A stretch of DNA of 64,000 nucleotides from Pelomyxa schiedti. Taxonomy: Eukaryota > Protista > Evosea. The notes beneath the pieces were generated by a model, which worked only from the letters and a program-made list of their open reading frames with translations, was not told the DNA's origin and did no database searches. Where the stretch lies: contig JAHLWZ010000801.1 in assembly GCA_020536535.1 (NCBI GenBank), positions 1 through 64,000 on the forward strand, given 5' to 3'. Below, in pieces: positions 23,728 to 35,614 of this stretch. Within the stretch, counting starts at the first letter, position 1. Each line of letters begins with the position of its first letter. Both the position numbers and the translations under genes were made by a program.

Positions 23728-25749
23728 ATGACAAAGAAGAGGAGCGCTGCGCGTAGAGGCACAAGCACAGCCGCTTCGACGACGACTACGAATGGCGGAG
23801 CCAGGGGCCGTGGCGGGGCGGGCCTGCCACTGCTGCGCCCGCTACACATCCCCATCCTCCTGCAACTATCGAGTCTTCGGCCGAGAGCTGCTCGTCCCCA
23901 CAGCCGCGCATCCCACCAGCGACAAGGACAGCGACGATGCGTGTGCAACAAAGGAGACAGGTAGAAAAAGCAGCAAAGCGTCGGGCGGCAACGACAACCG
24001 CGGCAGCAACAGCAACAAATCAAAAGGGAACCCCAGTGAGCGCTGCCATCGTGTCGACATTGACTGCCGCGATTACTGAACAGGAGTTGAGGCGGAAAGT
24101 AGATGAGCTTCAGTCGCACTATAGTGAGCTTCAGTCGCAATGTAGTGAGCTTCAGGCGCACAGTACAGATCTTCAACAGAAGCTCGCAGCTGCCGACACA
24201 AAGGGCAAAGAAAACTCGGAAGATCGCAAGCCATCGCATCGATACATGCAATATATCGAGGAGATTCTGAAACCCATCAAAACTCACACCTGGCCTCCTT
24301 CTGGCTTCTCCAAGTCACACTGTACAGCGCCAAGTCTTATCACCCATTATCCGGATACCAATCTTGATGTGAGTGTTCACCTCTACACAGATGTATTTGA
24401 TTGTTTTGTGGACTCAAATGTGAATCTTGGCTCACGTGGCATGGCCCTTCCCCCTTCCCCCAATCAGTGACCTAATCACTGTCCCTTTTCAGATTTCCGT
24501 TTTGCACGAGATATGATTGTATGCATGTCTGATCTCTATGGTTATGAGGGACAACGCCGGGATTGTTTTAATAACCAGATGTCCGTGCTTTTAGGGCCAG
24601 GCGTGACGCTATCACAGCCTTCTAGTGAACGCCCAACTCCAAGATGGCTCTACTGTTCCGATATTACTTCAAACAACAAAAAACCAGAAGGGTGAAGGTA
24701 TTACATAACTACCACGGTGTCTTAACTTGCTGAGTTTCAATCGAATAGGGGGTGAAAAGAAAGTTTATTCGAGGTTGCAGCTTACTACACCCAGAGTCTT
24801 ATGCCCAACCTTTTGTGTTTGTCCTGCTGTCCATGTTTGCTACTTGAGGTTGTTGGTTCCTCTCTGTTTGTCAATGGAGCATGTTTTGGCGAAGGTTATC
24901 TTTTGTCTGTTCCCTTATTTAGTTCTAACTCTGTAATAGAGCGAGTACTTGTTGATCCACTTTGTCCCCCAGTTCTCATGACCAACAGTTACCACTGGAG
25001 AGGTAATGAAGACGTTGCTCGAGTGTTTTCGAGAATACGCACATGTGTATCGAATTTGCAGAAGCATTATAGAGGCTTGACTGTGCCACCGGTACCTGGT
25101 CCTGGGGATGAACTACGTTGGCCGTATCTCACTTCCTTTAAAATCTTGTTTTCACATAAACCAAGTGCACTTTGATTCCCGCTCCTCACTCACTTCCATC
25201 AGTTCACTGTTCGATATTTGAACCGCCTGGCCCCAAATAGTCAAAAGCCTGTTTTCCTGGCACAGGAAGCTACCACAAAAGCTCGCCTTGTCGTTAAATT
25301 TACGGACCATGGAGTACATTGAGACCAAGGCGCTCAGCAACTCGGAGGTAAAAACTATTCCACCTTTTTATTTTTAGAAAGAAAATGCATCAAAGCAAGC
25401 TGAAGTGGCCTTACTGAAAGCAATGGGGATTTTTCATAGCCATGGTTATGTGCATGGAGACTTGAGGGAGCCCAACATTCTTCCCTGTTGAACGAAGTAC
25501 CTTGTGATAGATTTCGACTGGGCCGGCCCTGCAGGAACTGCCCTCTACCCTGAGTTTATGAACCACTGTGGTATTGAATGGCCCAAGGGAGCCGAAGATA
25601 GAATGCCAATAACAAAAGAACATGATCACCACTGGCTGATGAACCTGTTCAACTCCCGCTGCTGTGGACCCTACACCAGGCAATTTTGGGTTCCTCTTTT
25701 CTGTTCTGAGCTTGGATTTCCTGTTGCTCTCAAGACAGTCTTATGCTAG
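23728..25749 (+). pseudogene. disrupted Crinkler-like effector: coiled coil, REase-associated region, CRN-type kinase
   Basis: Heptad repeats ELQSHYS/ELQSQCS/ELQAHST; CCPCLLLEVVG...VDPLCP...VARVF...LQKHYRGL; HSHGYVHGDLREPNILPC*TKYLVIDFDWAG...YPEFMNH..IEWP.G...ITKEHD. Contains an in-frame TGA and frame breaks. Confidence 0.7.
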
Positions 25750-26035
25750 ATTAGATTTCACAGAATTGGCCTGTGCCTGCCTGGTGGTCACAGAAGACAA
25801 GTCAACACCTTCCACTTCATCTTATGCATCACCCGCGTGGTCACTACGCAAAATAGACGTGAAAAAAGAACGAAGCTTTTAGCTTTTCCCCAGCAGTTTT
25901 CCCCTTGTTAATAATAATCTTCAAAAATGTGTTCCCAAATGACAGCACCCCCCCGATTTCATCACCTTTTCATTTCCTTGGAGACAGGATCTCTTTCGTG
26001 CTGTTGAACGTCTCGTGAACAATCCGTCATCGGAC

Positions 26036-27161
26036 ATGGCTGCGACTACTCCTTCTGTGTTGTTTGTTGGCGATACGGCTCGTGACAAAATAGGCACACG
26101 CGGCGACGGATCTCCGATCTTTGTGGCTGGTGGGGGCGTTTATTACGGCGGCATTGCTTGCAGCTCGTGCGGGATGTCAAATGTGTCAGTTGTCACAAAG
26201 TGCGCCGCTAAGGATGTTCCGCTGTACACGGCCGACTTTGCAAGAGCTGGTTGGCTCGCGCGTCCATCTGCTGATTTTCCTAAACCTTTGCTTGCAGGAG
26301 TGAAAGTGACTTACTTACCGTCTGTGGAGTCCACTCAATGCGAGCACGCTTTCCCGACAGGAAATCCCGACAATCGTGTGACTGTGGCTGTGACGTTGGC
26401 TGACCCATTTACTGAGGGGGACATTACATCGCTGCCAAATTGTCCTTGTATTATGTTGAACCCACTGTATAAAGGTGACTTCTCAGTATACAATGATTCT
26501 CCCTGATCGCAGGATGTAGGTGCTTGTCCCGAGTTACTCCTCCCACTCCTCAAGAAGAAGACGCCATTTCTGGCTGCTGATGCTCAAGTACGAATTCATT
26601 ATTAATTATGTTTCTTACTTTTTAATAGGGATTCGTGAGGTGCGTCGAAGATACTGTGATGGTGCGACACCCTTGGCAACATATGGAACAATGGCTCCCT
26701 TACATAGATCTATTCAAAATAGACTCACTAGAAGTATTAGGCCAAAAATTACGTTACACGTGACATTCTTTAGGGCGAGCTGTTAACTGGCTCTGCTGAC
26801 CTCCCCAGTGCTTGTAGGCTTCTCCATCAAGCCGGTGCCAATGACATTCTTGCCACTCATCAAGATGGTGTGTTCCTCTCCCGAAAAGATGGCTCTCTCT
26901 TTGAAGCTCGATGGGGTTCCTGGAAGCTTGAGGGCAGGACTGGAAGGGGTGATACTGTAACTGCAGCGTATGCTTTTCCTTACATACTGATTTTCTATCA
27001 ACTCTTCCAAGGTTCATTACAGCACTGTTGCAAAAAGGTTTGGTTGGACAAGAGGCTCTGAACTTTGCTGCTGAGGTACTTTTTACTTACAGAGCATTAT
27101 TCTTATCTATCAACAGATATGCACTCGCAAGATGCAAAAGGCTGGTCCTTTCTGGGGTTAA
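26036..27161 (+). CDS. PfkB/ribokinase-family carbohydrate kinase, multi-exon
   Basis: VLFVGDTARD...VAGGGVYYGGIA; AADAQGFVR after splicing; anion-hole motif GRTGRGDTVTAAF; ends KMQKAGPFWG*. Confidence 0.85.
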
Positions 27162-27261
27162 TTTCTGGAGGCCGATTTTCGTCAAACACCGTAGTGCAAA
27201 ACATCATAAAGTAAAAAAAGTTTGTTTCGTTATTCTATTACACATATTTTTTTGTTTTTGC

Positions 27262-30200
27262 TTAAAAGAGACCAGTCTCCTTCTTGAGGGTTGTTTGTTT
27301 CCATGGTGGGAGTTTGTTGAAACTGTCCTTGGTCATCCCAAACGTAGCCATGAATTCTGTTGGGCTCAAAAAGAAGGGAATTCGTGTAGAATCCACAGCT
27401 GCCGGAAGTGGACGTGCCTGTAGAACTGTTTCATTGAGAGTGAGCCAAATAGTGTAATGCTAGGTGAGGAAACCTGAAAGAGGGAAGAATGGTTCCGTTT
27501 CTGCTTGCTGTGTCACAGCCGGGGTTGCAGGAGGTGAAACCGGTGTTGGGGGTTTGACTTTCAGTCCTGCAAATGTTTTTTGAGTTGAAATTTGAGGGCT
27601 TGAGGACACAGGGGCTGTGCCTCCTTCTGTATTGCTAAGTTTTCGCCGCGGTGAGGGCGAAGAAGAAGACGGCTGGCTTCTATCGGGTGGTTGCTGGTGG
27701 ATTTGCGATGTTGCCAGTGGTGGTGTAGGAGCATGCCTGGGTGAATGATTTTGTTGTATTACAGATTGGGAGTTTTGTAGTGGAGCTGAGGGAGTAGGTG
27801 GTTGGTGTAGAAGCGGCTGCGAAGTTGATATTGGCGTTTGCTGTGAGGTAGCCGGCTGGGCCTGAGAACCAGTCGGTTGTGAAGGTGATGGGGATGACGA
27901 TTGTACAGGGTTCTGCCTGAGTATCTGTCTAGTTTGTGACGGCTGGAGCTGGCCTGGCGATTGTGGCTGGGTTGGTGTGCGTGGTTGTTGTCTAGGTGTT
28001 TGGGATGGCCCTTGTGGGTGTGCTTGAGGCTGAACTTGCTGGGGTGGCTTTCGTTCGATGTGGCTCTTGGGCAGTGCTGTAGGACTAGCTCCCTCTTCAG
28101 GTTTGTCAAGAACCATAATTTCATTGCAGTCTTCAACCAAAATTTGCACCAGGTCCACAAGATCTAAGCATTTTACAGTCGTTTCTACTGTTACTACCTA
28201 GTAAAGGATCAATTTTTTTTTAAAAAAAACCTCTAACCTGGGGACGAAGAATGGCTGGAGTAAAAACAATACTTAAATTTCTTGGTGTCATCATACTTGA
28301 AGCAGAATGTGTGGCAGCAGTTGATATAAACTGAAGCAGAAAAGAAAGTACATTTCTGATTGCCAATATGGAAAAACATGAGTAGACAGATGGTAGAAAG
28401 GAAGTCAGACTTGTTACATGTAGGCATGGAAGTAAGCATGGTCTTCATTGAGGAAAGTTTTTCAGCATTGGAAATCGTCTTGTTGTCAGCAAGAGTTACC
28501 ATTTTATCATAAACAGGGTAGGGAAATAGTGGCTCCAGAAGAGTAGAGAAGAAAGACTTGAATGTCTATTTTGAAAATGTTCAGCAAAAGAGCCATATCC
28601 AGGATATGGGTAAAAACGAAAGCCCCAAACCCTAATAAATAAATATATAATGTTGGTTTTTTTCAGGCCTTGCCGAAGCGACAGAATGTATGCCATATTC
28701 TCCAATGATATCTACACCCTCCCACTTGGACTCATTGAAGGCACGTTGTAACTCTTCTATCTTTTGTTTGTTTCCCGCTTCACGAAATATCCCTTCTGTC
28801 CCAAGATGGGGAAGAAGGAGGTTTGCCAGTATTTGTAGAACTGACGGAACACCGTTGGAGCTATCTCTTATCACCAATTCGCTCAAGTCACCTCCAAAAA
28901 CCAGTGCCGGTGAGACACTGCTTTGAATCAGAAATGAAATTTGAGTTTCCATTTCAGCAGCTTGACTTGGAGTTGAAAGAATCATCAAGATACTTCTCTG
29001 AGGTGATACGAGCATAATGGAAGTGGCTCCACCATCGGTAGGTGGGACAGGCTCGAGTTTCACTGTTTTCAGCCACAACAACTCTTTGGCATTATATGAA
29101 ATGCGATTACGCTTTGCTAGTGCAAGAACGTCATTGAACAGAAAGAAATGTCGCTTGCTCTCTTTGTGCAGCAAGTGGCTTTTACTGACTATAGTGCAGT
29201 CTCCTTCACTGATAAAACGCCGGCTGGATTCTCCTTCCAGTGCCTTACTGTTGGCAAGGTTTTTAAGAATGCTTACCACCATACTTCTATTGCTTGACAT
29301 TTCATAGCTCACATAGAGAACCTAGTGACGGCTTTAGTAATGAGTAAAACGAACTAGTAGTCCAACCAACCATGTTGACGCGCTGTAACAGGGTAGTGGC
29401 AGTAGCTAACGACTCGAGTTCAGTTGGAGGGATCAAGTGCGAGAAGGCATTATTGTGGGCCAACTTAGCAGTAGCCTCCATGAGACTTTGCATTGATATT
29501 TCGTACTTTGAAATTTGCTGAAGTGGAGCTGGTAGAAGGTCAATGAGGCGAGCACCTTCAAGGTCACCTTCCAATTCCACTTGGGCCAAAAAGGTGGCAA
29601 ACCGAGGATTAGTCTGGCTCAGCATGATTACCGTCTGCACGGCAATGGGGACTAAATCATTATTGTTAAAAGAACACTCCAAAAACGAATAGAGAATGAA
29701 GGGAGTGGGAAAAAGAAAAGAGGAGTGTGAATAGAACAAATAAGAATTGTTCCGGAAACAAACCATTTTTGGAATACTGGCCATAAGCAGACAGCTGAGG
29801 AGCCACACTTGTGAACACCTCACCCACATTGCACACAAATGGCCAGTGAGTGGAATATACCTCATCCAGCTTCTTGTAAATCGTGTCATCAATGGCAGCA
29901 ACTGCATCCAGCGGCGAGAAAATTGCGGCGATTTCCTGCCCCGTCAGCAACGGCGCCTTGGTCTCGAGGGACTGCCTCAGCGGCGCAGCGAAGCCGTCCC
30001 TCAGCGCCGACACCTTTCGCCGAAAAGTGATTTCGACCTTCATCAAATCCCTCAGAGCGTCGTTCCTCGCCCTTAGTTCCGCAGATTTCCACAGTTTCAT
30101 CATCCTGGGCACTACCGTAGGGTGAGCCTGGGGCTGTGACTGGGACTGAGACTGAGGGGATGACGAGATGCAGAAGGAGCGGCGGACGCGGCGGCCGCGG

Positions 30201-30615
30201 AAGGCGGCCTGCACGCGGACGATCTGGACGAGGGCGTTGCAGAAGGCGGCGCAGCGCTCGGCCTGCTTGGCGATGCTCTTGAAGAACATGCGGTGCATGG
30301 CGCAGTCGCCGCCGTCGATGGCCCGCGGGTCGTCGGGGATCTGCGTCAGCATGGAGCGGATGGCGCCGACGTCGCGGCGGTAGGTCTCGAGGCCCTCGCT
30401 GAACGAGCCGTACAGGCCCTTGCGCTTCTTGGGCCCCGCGGCTGCGGCGGCGCCGGGGTTGGGCGGCGGGGTCGTGCCTGCTGCACTCGTCGACGACGCC
30501 GTTTCGGGAGGGGTTGGGTGAGAAACTTTGTTTGTTTGGTTTTTTTTTGTTTTATTCACAATCGCTTTCAAAAACTTTGCATGTTTTCCTGGTCTGTGAA
30601 AAACAGGTCTCTCAT
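27262..30615 (-). CDS. IQ-RhoGEF(DH)-PH-RhoGAP protein with Pro/Gln-rich linker and C-terminal villin headpiece
   Basis: IQ: [16 protein letters not shown]: [15 protein letters not shown]...IAAIFSPL...[21 protein letters not shown]...[14 protein letters not shown]: [14 protein letters not shown]. RhoGAP: VFGGDL...VPSVL...TEGIFREAG. Last exon: [50 protein letters not shown]. Start codon uncertain. Confidence 0.85.
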
Positions 30616-30783
30616 CACTGACACTCTTCTTATTTGTGAGGCACAGTGACGGAAGCACAAAAACCGCCACCGGGGGCCAGAGAATCATCCAATTTGGATC
30701 CTTCGATCGATTTGTTCCGTGTGTGCACACAATCTCGTTGGAACCGAACAAAACCAAAAAAATTGTAAATTTTTGTCGAGGTG

Positions 30784-32260
30784 ATGAAGGCCTCATCCGA
30801 CGAAAGCGACGACAACGGGCCAACTGCAACCGCACCTGTCTCCGACACCAAATCGAGATCCACGTACCCCGCGGCTGCCGCCGAGCCCCCGTCGTCGTCC
30901 CCATCGCCGTCGCAGCCGATCTGCGACGAAACGCGATCCTCCGCGACAAAAAGCGACTACGCGGGCACCAGCCCCAGCAGCGGCAGCGAAAGCGGCGCCA
31001 TCGGGATCGGCAGCGGCGTCGAAACGGGGACTACCAACGCAAACGCCGACGCCGACGCAAGCGGAAACGCGGCGGCCGGCACCTACGCCGCTTTGGTGCC
31101 GAGTGAGAGTCTGGAGGCGGCCGCGGAGAGCCGCGGCGATTCTGTGGCCGGCGGCGTGATTAGTGTGACTGTGAAGGTTTTGCCGCGGCGCACGGTCAGA
31201 GTGCGGGTTGTGCCGGAGGACACTGTGGCCGCGCTCATCCGATTGGTACCTACATACCTCTTGATTTAGTCTCTGAGCGTTTGCCTTCCTTCATTTGATT
31301 GCTTGTGTCAAATCATCTTTTGGGCGTTGTTCAAAGTCTGCCACTCATCATTTGAACAAACAAACAGGTTTTGCACGAATGCCCAGAGTTGCAGGATAAG
31401 ACTGTAAAAATCATTTTCAAAGGAAGATCATCCCAACCAGCTGCAACTTTGGAGTCTCTTGGAATTGTACAGGACTGTGTTGTTCATGCTGTAGTATCGG
31501 ACTCCAGGCCTGAAGTTCGAGTACCAGTGGTTTGTCTCCTTAAAATAAAAACAGCCCAGCACTCACATCTTAAAGGATACTGAGGGCTCTAGAAGTCACA
31601 ATCACAGTCACAGGCACAGCCACAGTCGTGGACATACTAACTCTCGTGGGCGCCGCCGCCACGCACACACCAACACAAACGCACATGCCCCGCTTCTCTA
31701 TGGAGAGGAAGAAACTCATGGCTTTGATCGGCTGATTACCTTGGGCTTTTCTCATGGAGAAATTGCTCAACTCCGTGACACATTTCATGCAAATAGAGAC
31801 ACAACTACTGTAGATATTTCACCTAATGCAAGGTTGGCTGCTGAAGACGTGATGGTGGACGAGATGCTCGGGCTGCGTGAAGGTAAAATTCTATAATTTT
31901 ATTCTATTACTGCTTTACTTACCATCATTAGCAACCCCGCAAACTCGGCCAGTAGCTGCCAACAATAACCCCTATTCAATGCACTACAACATCGTTGGAA
32001 GAGTAAGAGCAGGGGAGGGCTCCAACATGGATATGGTTTATGGTGTAATTATAGGCATGTTACTTGGTATAGTGATGGTCTTTTGGGTGAGTACAATCTA
32101 AATCCCGAGTGTAGCCTAACAGTCACCAGATGAGAGACAAATCCTTGTCACAGAGAACTAAACTAGGTACTTCATTCCCAATCAAAAGCAACCTTTACCT
32201 CTTCTCACACTTCCCCAATACAAAGGTCTTGTTACTGGACTGTGTATAAATCTAATTGTA
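30784..32260 (+). CDS. Dsc3-like (DUF2407) protein: ubiquitin-like domain, UBA-like segment, C-terminal TM helices
   Basis: VKIIFKGR...TLESLGIVQDCVVHAVVS (UBL); GFDRLITLGFSHGEIAQLRDTF; EGSNMDMVYGVIIGMLLGIVMVFW. 3' end approximate. Confidence 0.75.
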
Positions 32261-32431
32261 AAAATTTTGTCATTTTCCAGAGCATAAAAAGTTTCTTGTT
32301 TCTTTTACTTCCCACCAACCATTATTGGTTATTTTGCATAAGTATTTGGTTATGGTGGGTTCCAAACATATGTTACACAACAAACACACAAGGCAATAAA
32401 TAAAACCGCAAACCCCAAAAAAATAAGACCC

Positions 32432-32527
32432 CGAGGCCGGCAACGGCAGTCCTTTACCCAAGGGGCTCCTCCCAGGTCAGGAAGGAGTTAGCGCTGAGTG
32501 CTTGGGGAATTAAAGGTAGCCGCCTCG
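32432..32527. ncRNA. candidate structured non-coding element (nested multi-segment stem-loop)
   Basis: Nested pairings cgagg/cctcg, cggc/gccg, ccttta/taaagg, cccaag/cttggg, ggctcct/aggagtt. Intergenic and GC-rich. No family identified. Confidence 0.35.
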
Positions 32528-32981
32528 TCATCCTCAAACGCTCGCCACTAGTTGGGTGGTTGGTTATTACCTTAAGAGAGTCATAGTTGTTTGGTTTTAG
32601 AATTCGATGTAGCACGGCAACAAGAGGACAAAGGATAGCCGCACACAGACCTCGGGGCCAAAGTTTGGGGCGGGGTCCCCGCTTGTATGCTCAAAAATTT
32701 TCCGTAACTCCGACTTGTGGGATGGTGGGGGTGAGAACTGTCTTGGGCCGAGTTGAGAAACAACAAACATCGCAGGGGCCCTGGATCGGAAAGACGGCAG
32801 AATAAAAGTGACCTTCCCTTATGCCGGTTATGGGCGTCTTGATAGGCTGTCAGCATCTCCACGGCACCCCCGCAAACTCCTCCTTGCATGCCACGATGGT
32901 TTTTCCCTTTCCGTTCGTAAGAAGCCAATTATTGTGCCCTTTTTCTCACCACCATTCAAAGAGTTTTTTTTTTTGAAACAT

Positions 32982-34532
32982 TTATGTGGTTTTGGCAGAA
33001 ACACACGGAACGATGGCAAGAAGAGTACCTGTTGTGAGATCTGTGAGGACAGTGCCGGTTCTGAGGAGAGTTGGGGTAGATAGGTTCCAAGCCACAATCC
33101 CGCTCTGAAACGGAATTTTGCACGGGGAAAGAATCAATGGTTCTGGCTCGGTAATGTTTCTGGGCCAGAGAGTGAGACTGGGGGCGTCAATGTTGGGCAC
33201 AGTGTAAATTTGTATCGGGGTGTTTCTGGTGTCTAATCCAGAAACGCAGAACTGTGTTGTGCTTATGACATCAATGGGGTATTCATTCCCTATTTTGTGG
33301 GTACGGTTTGATTCTGGGCTGTAAATCTGCTTGTTAAAAATGATGTAGGGTTCGGACTCTGACCCAACCAACCTCTCTGGATACATTGTGTAGGGAGTGG
33401 TGAGTTCTTGCAAGACTACAACTGAGTTCGTTCCGCATGACTCTTTCAAATCCACCAGCGTCACACATCCCCAGTTGGCATCAAAGTTGGTGCCAAATAA
33501 CAGCAAAACATCACAATTCCAACCAGAGAAACATACATCCGAAGGGTACCTTTTGGCCAGGCGGTGAGGTAAACCCGTTTCAGGAAGCCCATCAACAACC
33601 CTCCAGAAAAGAACAGAATCCCGGGGGCCACGAGCTCTATGGTGCAGAACGATCCAATGTGAGTTGCAGTGGGCATTTACAAGCGAATATCCCCAATTCC
33701 CTTGTGTGAACAGATTCCTCACTACCACTCCACTGCAGTCAATAACATCCACTACTGAGCCGTTGCTCCTCGAGACCACAATCCTATCATCACCCCCCCC
33801 ACCAGAGACATCACTTCGACCACAACTGTGTACATTTGTACTTGTAGTTATAGGTTCTCCAGGGTTCTGTTTCTCTAGGTTTTCCTCTCTTGCTAATTTT
33901 GATTGACTGTTAACAGACCCAATATATCCCTCAAGGCAGCAGTGGCTTTCTCCCTCAGTCACAAAGTGCCTGCATTTGACAACGCCGAGTGTGTAAGACA
34001 CCGCAATGAATATATGCGGGCCGATCCCATATCTACGGTACGGTGGAGAATTCTGCTCATAAAGGCCCATCCAGCCTGCAATGGTGAAGGCGGCCCTCCT
34101 CTCTACGGCCACGACCCATTCCTGGCCCAACACACTCAACACACCAGGGCACCCAGACAGCACCCAAAGTGCACTCCCATAATTCCCGGCCGCGGTCTGC
34201 CTCCCCCTACATACTCTCGTCATTCCTATTGGTGGTCTTGTCGTTGGTCTTTCCATTCTGCGGCCATTCTCGTAGTCGTCGCCATGAAAACCAGCACACC
34301 TTCTGATCATTGCACCCACCGAAAGGGCAATAAACTGATCTTTGGCGGAAATGACTAGATGAGTCCCATTATTACCACTGGAGTCGTTTGCAGCCTCCAG
34401 GATCCGCGTCAGGTGGTACTGCACCCTCGTTGCCAGGCTCGCCCCTGGTTGTGGTCGGCTGGGAACATTGTGTCTCTTTGCTGTGCGCGGTTTTTTATTG
34501 TGGGGCTCCTCCGCTTGCTCGTTATCGTACAT
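32982..34532 (-). CDS. intronless hypothetical protein (~516 aa), probably a lineage-specific family; beta-rich C-terminal half
   Basis: Long uninterrupted ORF. N-terminal ISAKDQFIALSVGAMIRRCAG motif; repeated short beta-strand-like segments (IVVSR..VVDVID, WIVLH, VLLLFG). Confidence 0.7.
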   Translation of the reverse strand: MYDNEQAEEPHNKKPRTAKRHNVPSRPQPGASLATRVQYHLTRILEAANDSSGNNGTHLVISAKDQFIALSVGAMIRRCAGFHGDDYENGRRMERPTTRPPIGMTRVCRGRQTAAGNYGSALWVLSGCPGVLSVLGQEWVVAVERRAAFTIAGWMGLYEQNSPPYRRYGIGPHIFIAVSYTLGVVKCRHFVTEGESHCCLEGYIGSVNSQSKLAREENLEKQNPGEPITTSTNVHSCGRSDVSGGGGDDRIVVSRSNGSVVDVIDCSGVVVRNLFTQGNWGYSLVNAHCNSHWIVLHHRARGPRDSVLFWRVVDGLPETGLPHRLAKRYPSDVCFSGWNCDVLLLFGTNFDANWGCVTLVDLKESCGTNSVVVLQELTTPYTMYPERLVGSESEPYIIFNKQIYSPESNRTHKIGNEYPIDVISTTQFCVSGLDTRNTPIQIYTVPNIDAPSLTLWPRNITEPEPLILSPCKIPFQSGIVAWNLSTPTLLRTGTVLTDLTTGTLLAIVPCVSAKTT

Positions 34533-34744
34533 CACTTTTGATTACCGTAAATAAATTTGGGCTTTTTGTTGAGTAACAACACTACACGTAAAAAGCTGGT
34601 TTGCTTTCCGGTTCTTTCCATTGAGGGTTCCCCACAATGACCGGGCACCTTGACCATTAATACAAAATGCACTCTTGAGGGATTCCATTTAAAGTTGTGC
34701 TCCCACAAAAGCAAGTGGCTGAGTTACAGCAGTCTTTTTTTAGC

Positions 34745-34940
34745 ACAACCTATTCAAACTCGAAATTAATATCTCTGAGAAACACAAGGAGGATGTTAAT
34801 TACCTTGAGGAAAAAACCAGCTGGAGTGTCAACAAGAGAGTCAAGTAGTCATTATATATTACAACAACCTATTCAAACTCGAAATTAATATCTCTGAGAA
34901 GCACAAGGAGGATGTTAATTACCTTGAGGGAAAAACTAGC
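34745..34940. repeat. near-tandem duplication of 77 bp (period 119 bp, 3 mismatches)
   Basis: acaacctattcaaactcgaaattaatatctctgagaa(a/g)cacaaggaggatgttaattaccttgagg... at 34745-34821 and 34864-34940. Confidence 0.9.
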
Positions 34941-35614
34941 AGCTGCTGCTGCTGGAGTGAGTGACTGTAGTGAGTGCTGAGAGATTCGGGATGACTGAAT
35001 TGAATGCCTCAGTTAAGGAGGGTTTGTTGTAGTTGTTGTTCCGATGTTGTTCCGATGTTGTTCCGATGTTCCAAAACTCCTCCCACGCAAGCAACACTGT
35101 TCCAAAAGTCCAACACCACCACCCAAGTGTGTCATCAACAACAAACTTCAAACTAAACACGAGATTAATTGAAGGAAAAAGGAAGGAACGCAAAGAGGGA
35201 TATTCCGTACCTTGAGAAGGAAACAAAAAGGATCCTAATAGCCAAGGCAAAGAGTCGTAAATATCATTGAGTGAACTGCATATGAATGAACATGAAGGCA
35301 GTCACACTGGAAACAACATGCAGGAACAAAAGGTAAAGCAAAAGCAAAAAACAAAAACCAAGACACAAGAAACAGAACAAAAAAACCACTTTCGTACCCC
35401 AAATGGTGCCGCATTTTCGGATGTTTGTTGTTGAGGAACACACTGCTTGAATTATAGTAGCCATACGCTCCGTGTCGCGACGAAACGCACGCCCAAGGTC
35501 GCACCTCTACGCGTGCAAACGATTCGTTTTAATTAAATTTTTCGTTTTCTTGGCAACTGCGGACACTTAATTTTTTCCATTTCTTTTTTTTTGATGAAGT
35601 TGTGTGTAGATCCG

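Noticed and set aside
24101-24170. Short regularly spaced repeats (also 43265-43375) as a possible CRISPR array
   Set aside because: These are 21-bp tandem coding heptads without unique spacers, in a eukaryotic context with no cas genes.
32470-32492. caggtcaggaaggagttag resembling SRP RNA helix 8
   Set aside because: It lacks the AGCAG strand and a correctly closed GNRA loop. Kept only as a generic structured-RNA candidate.
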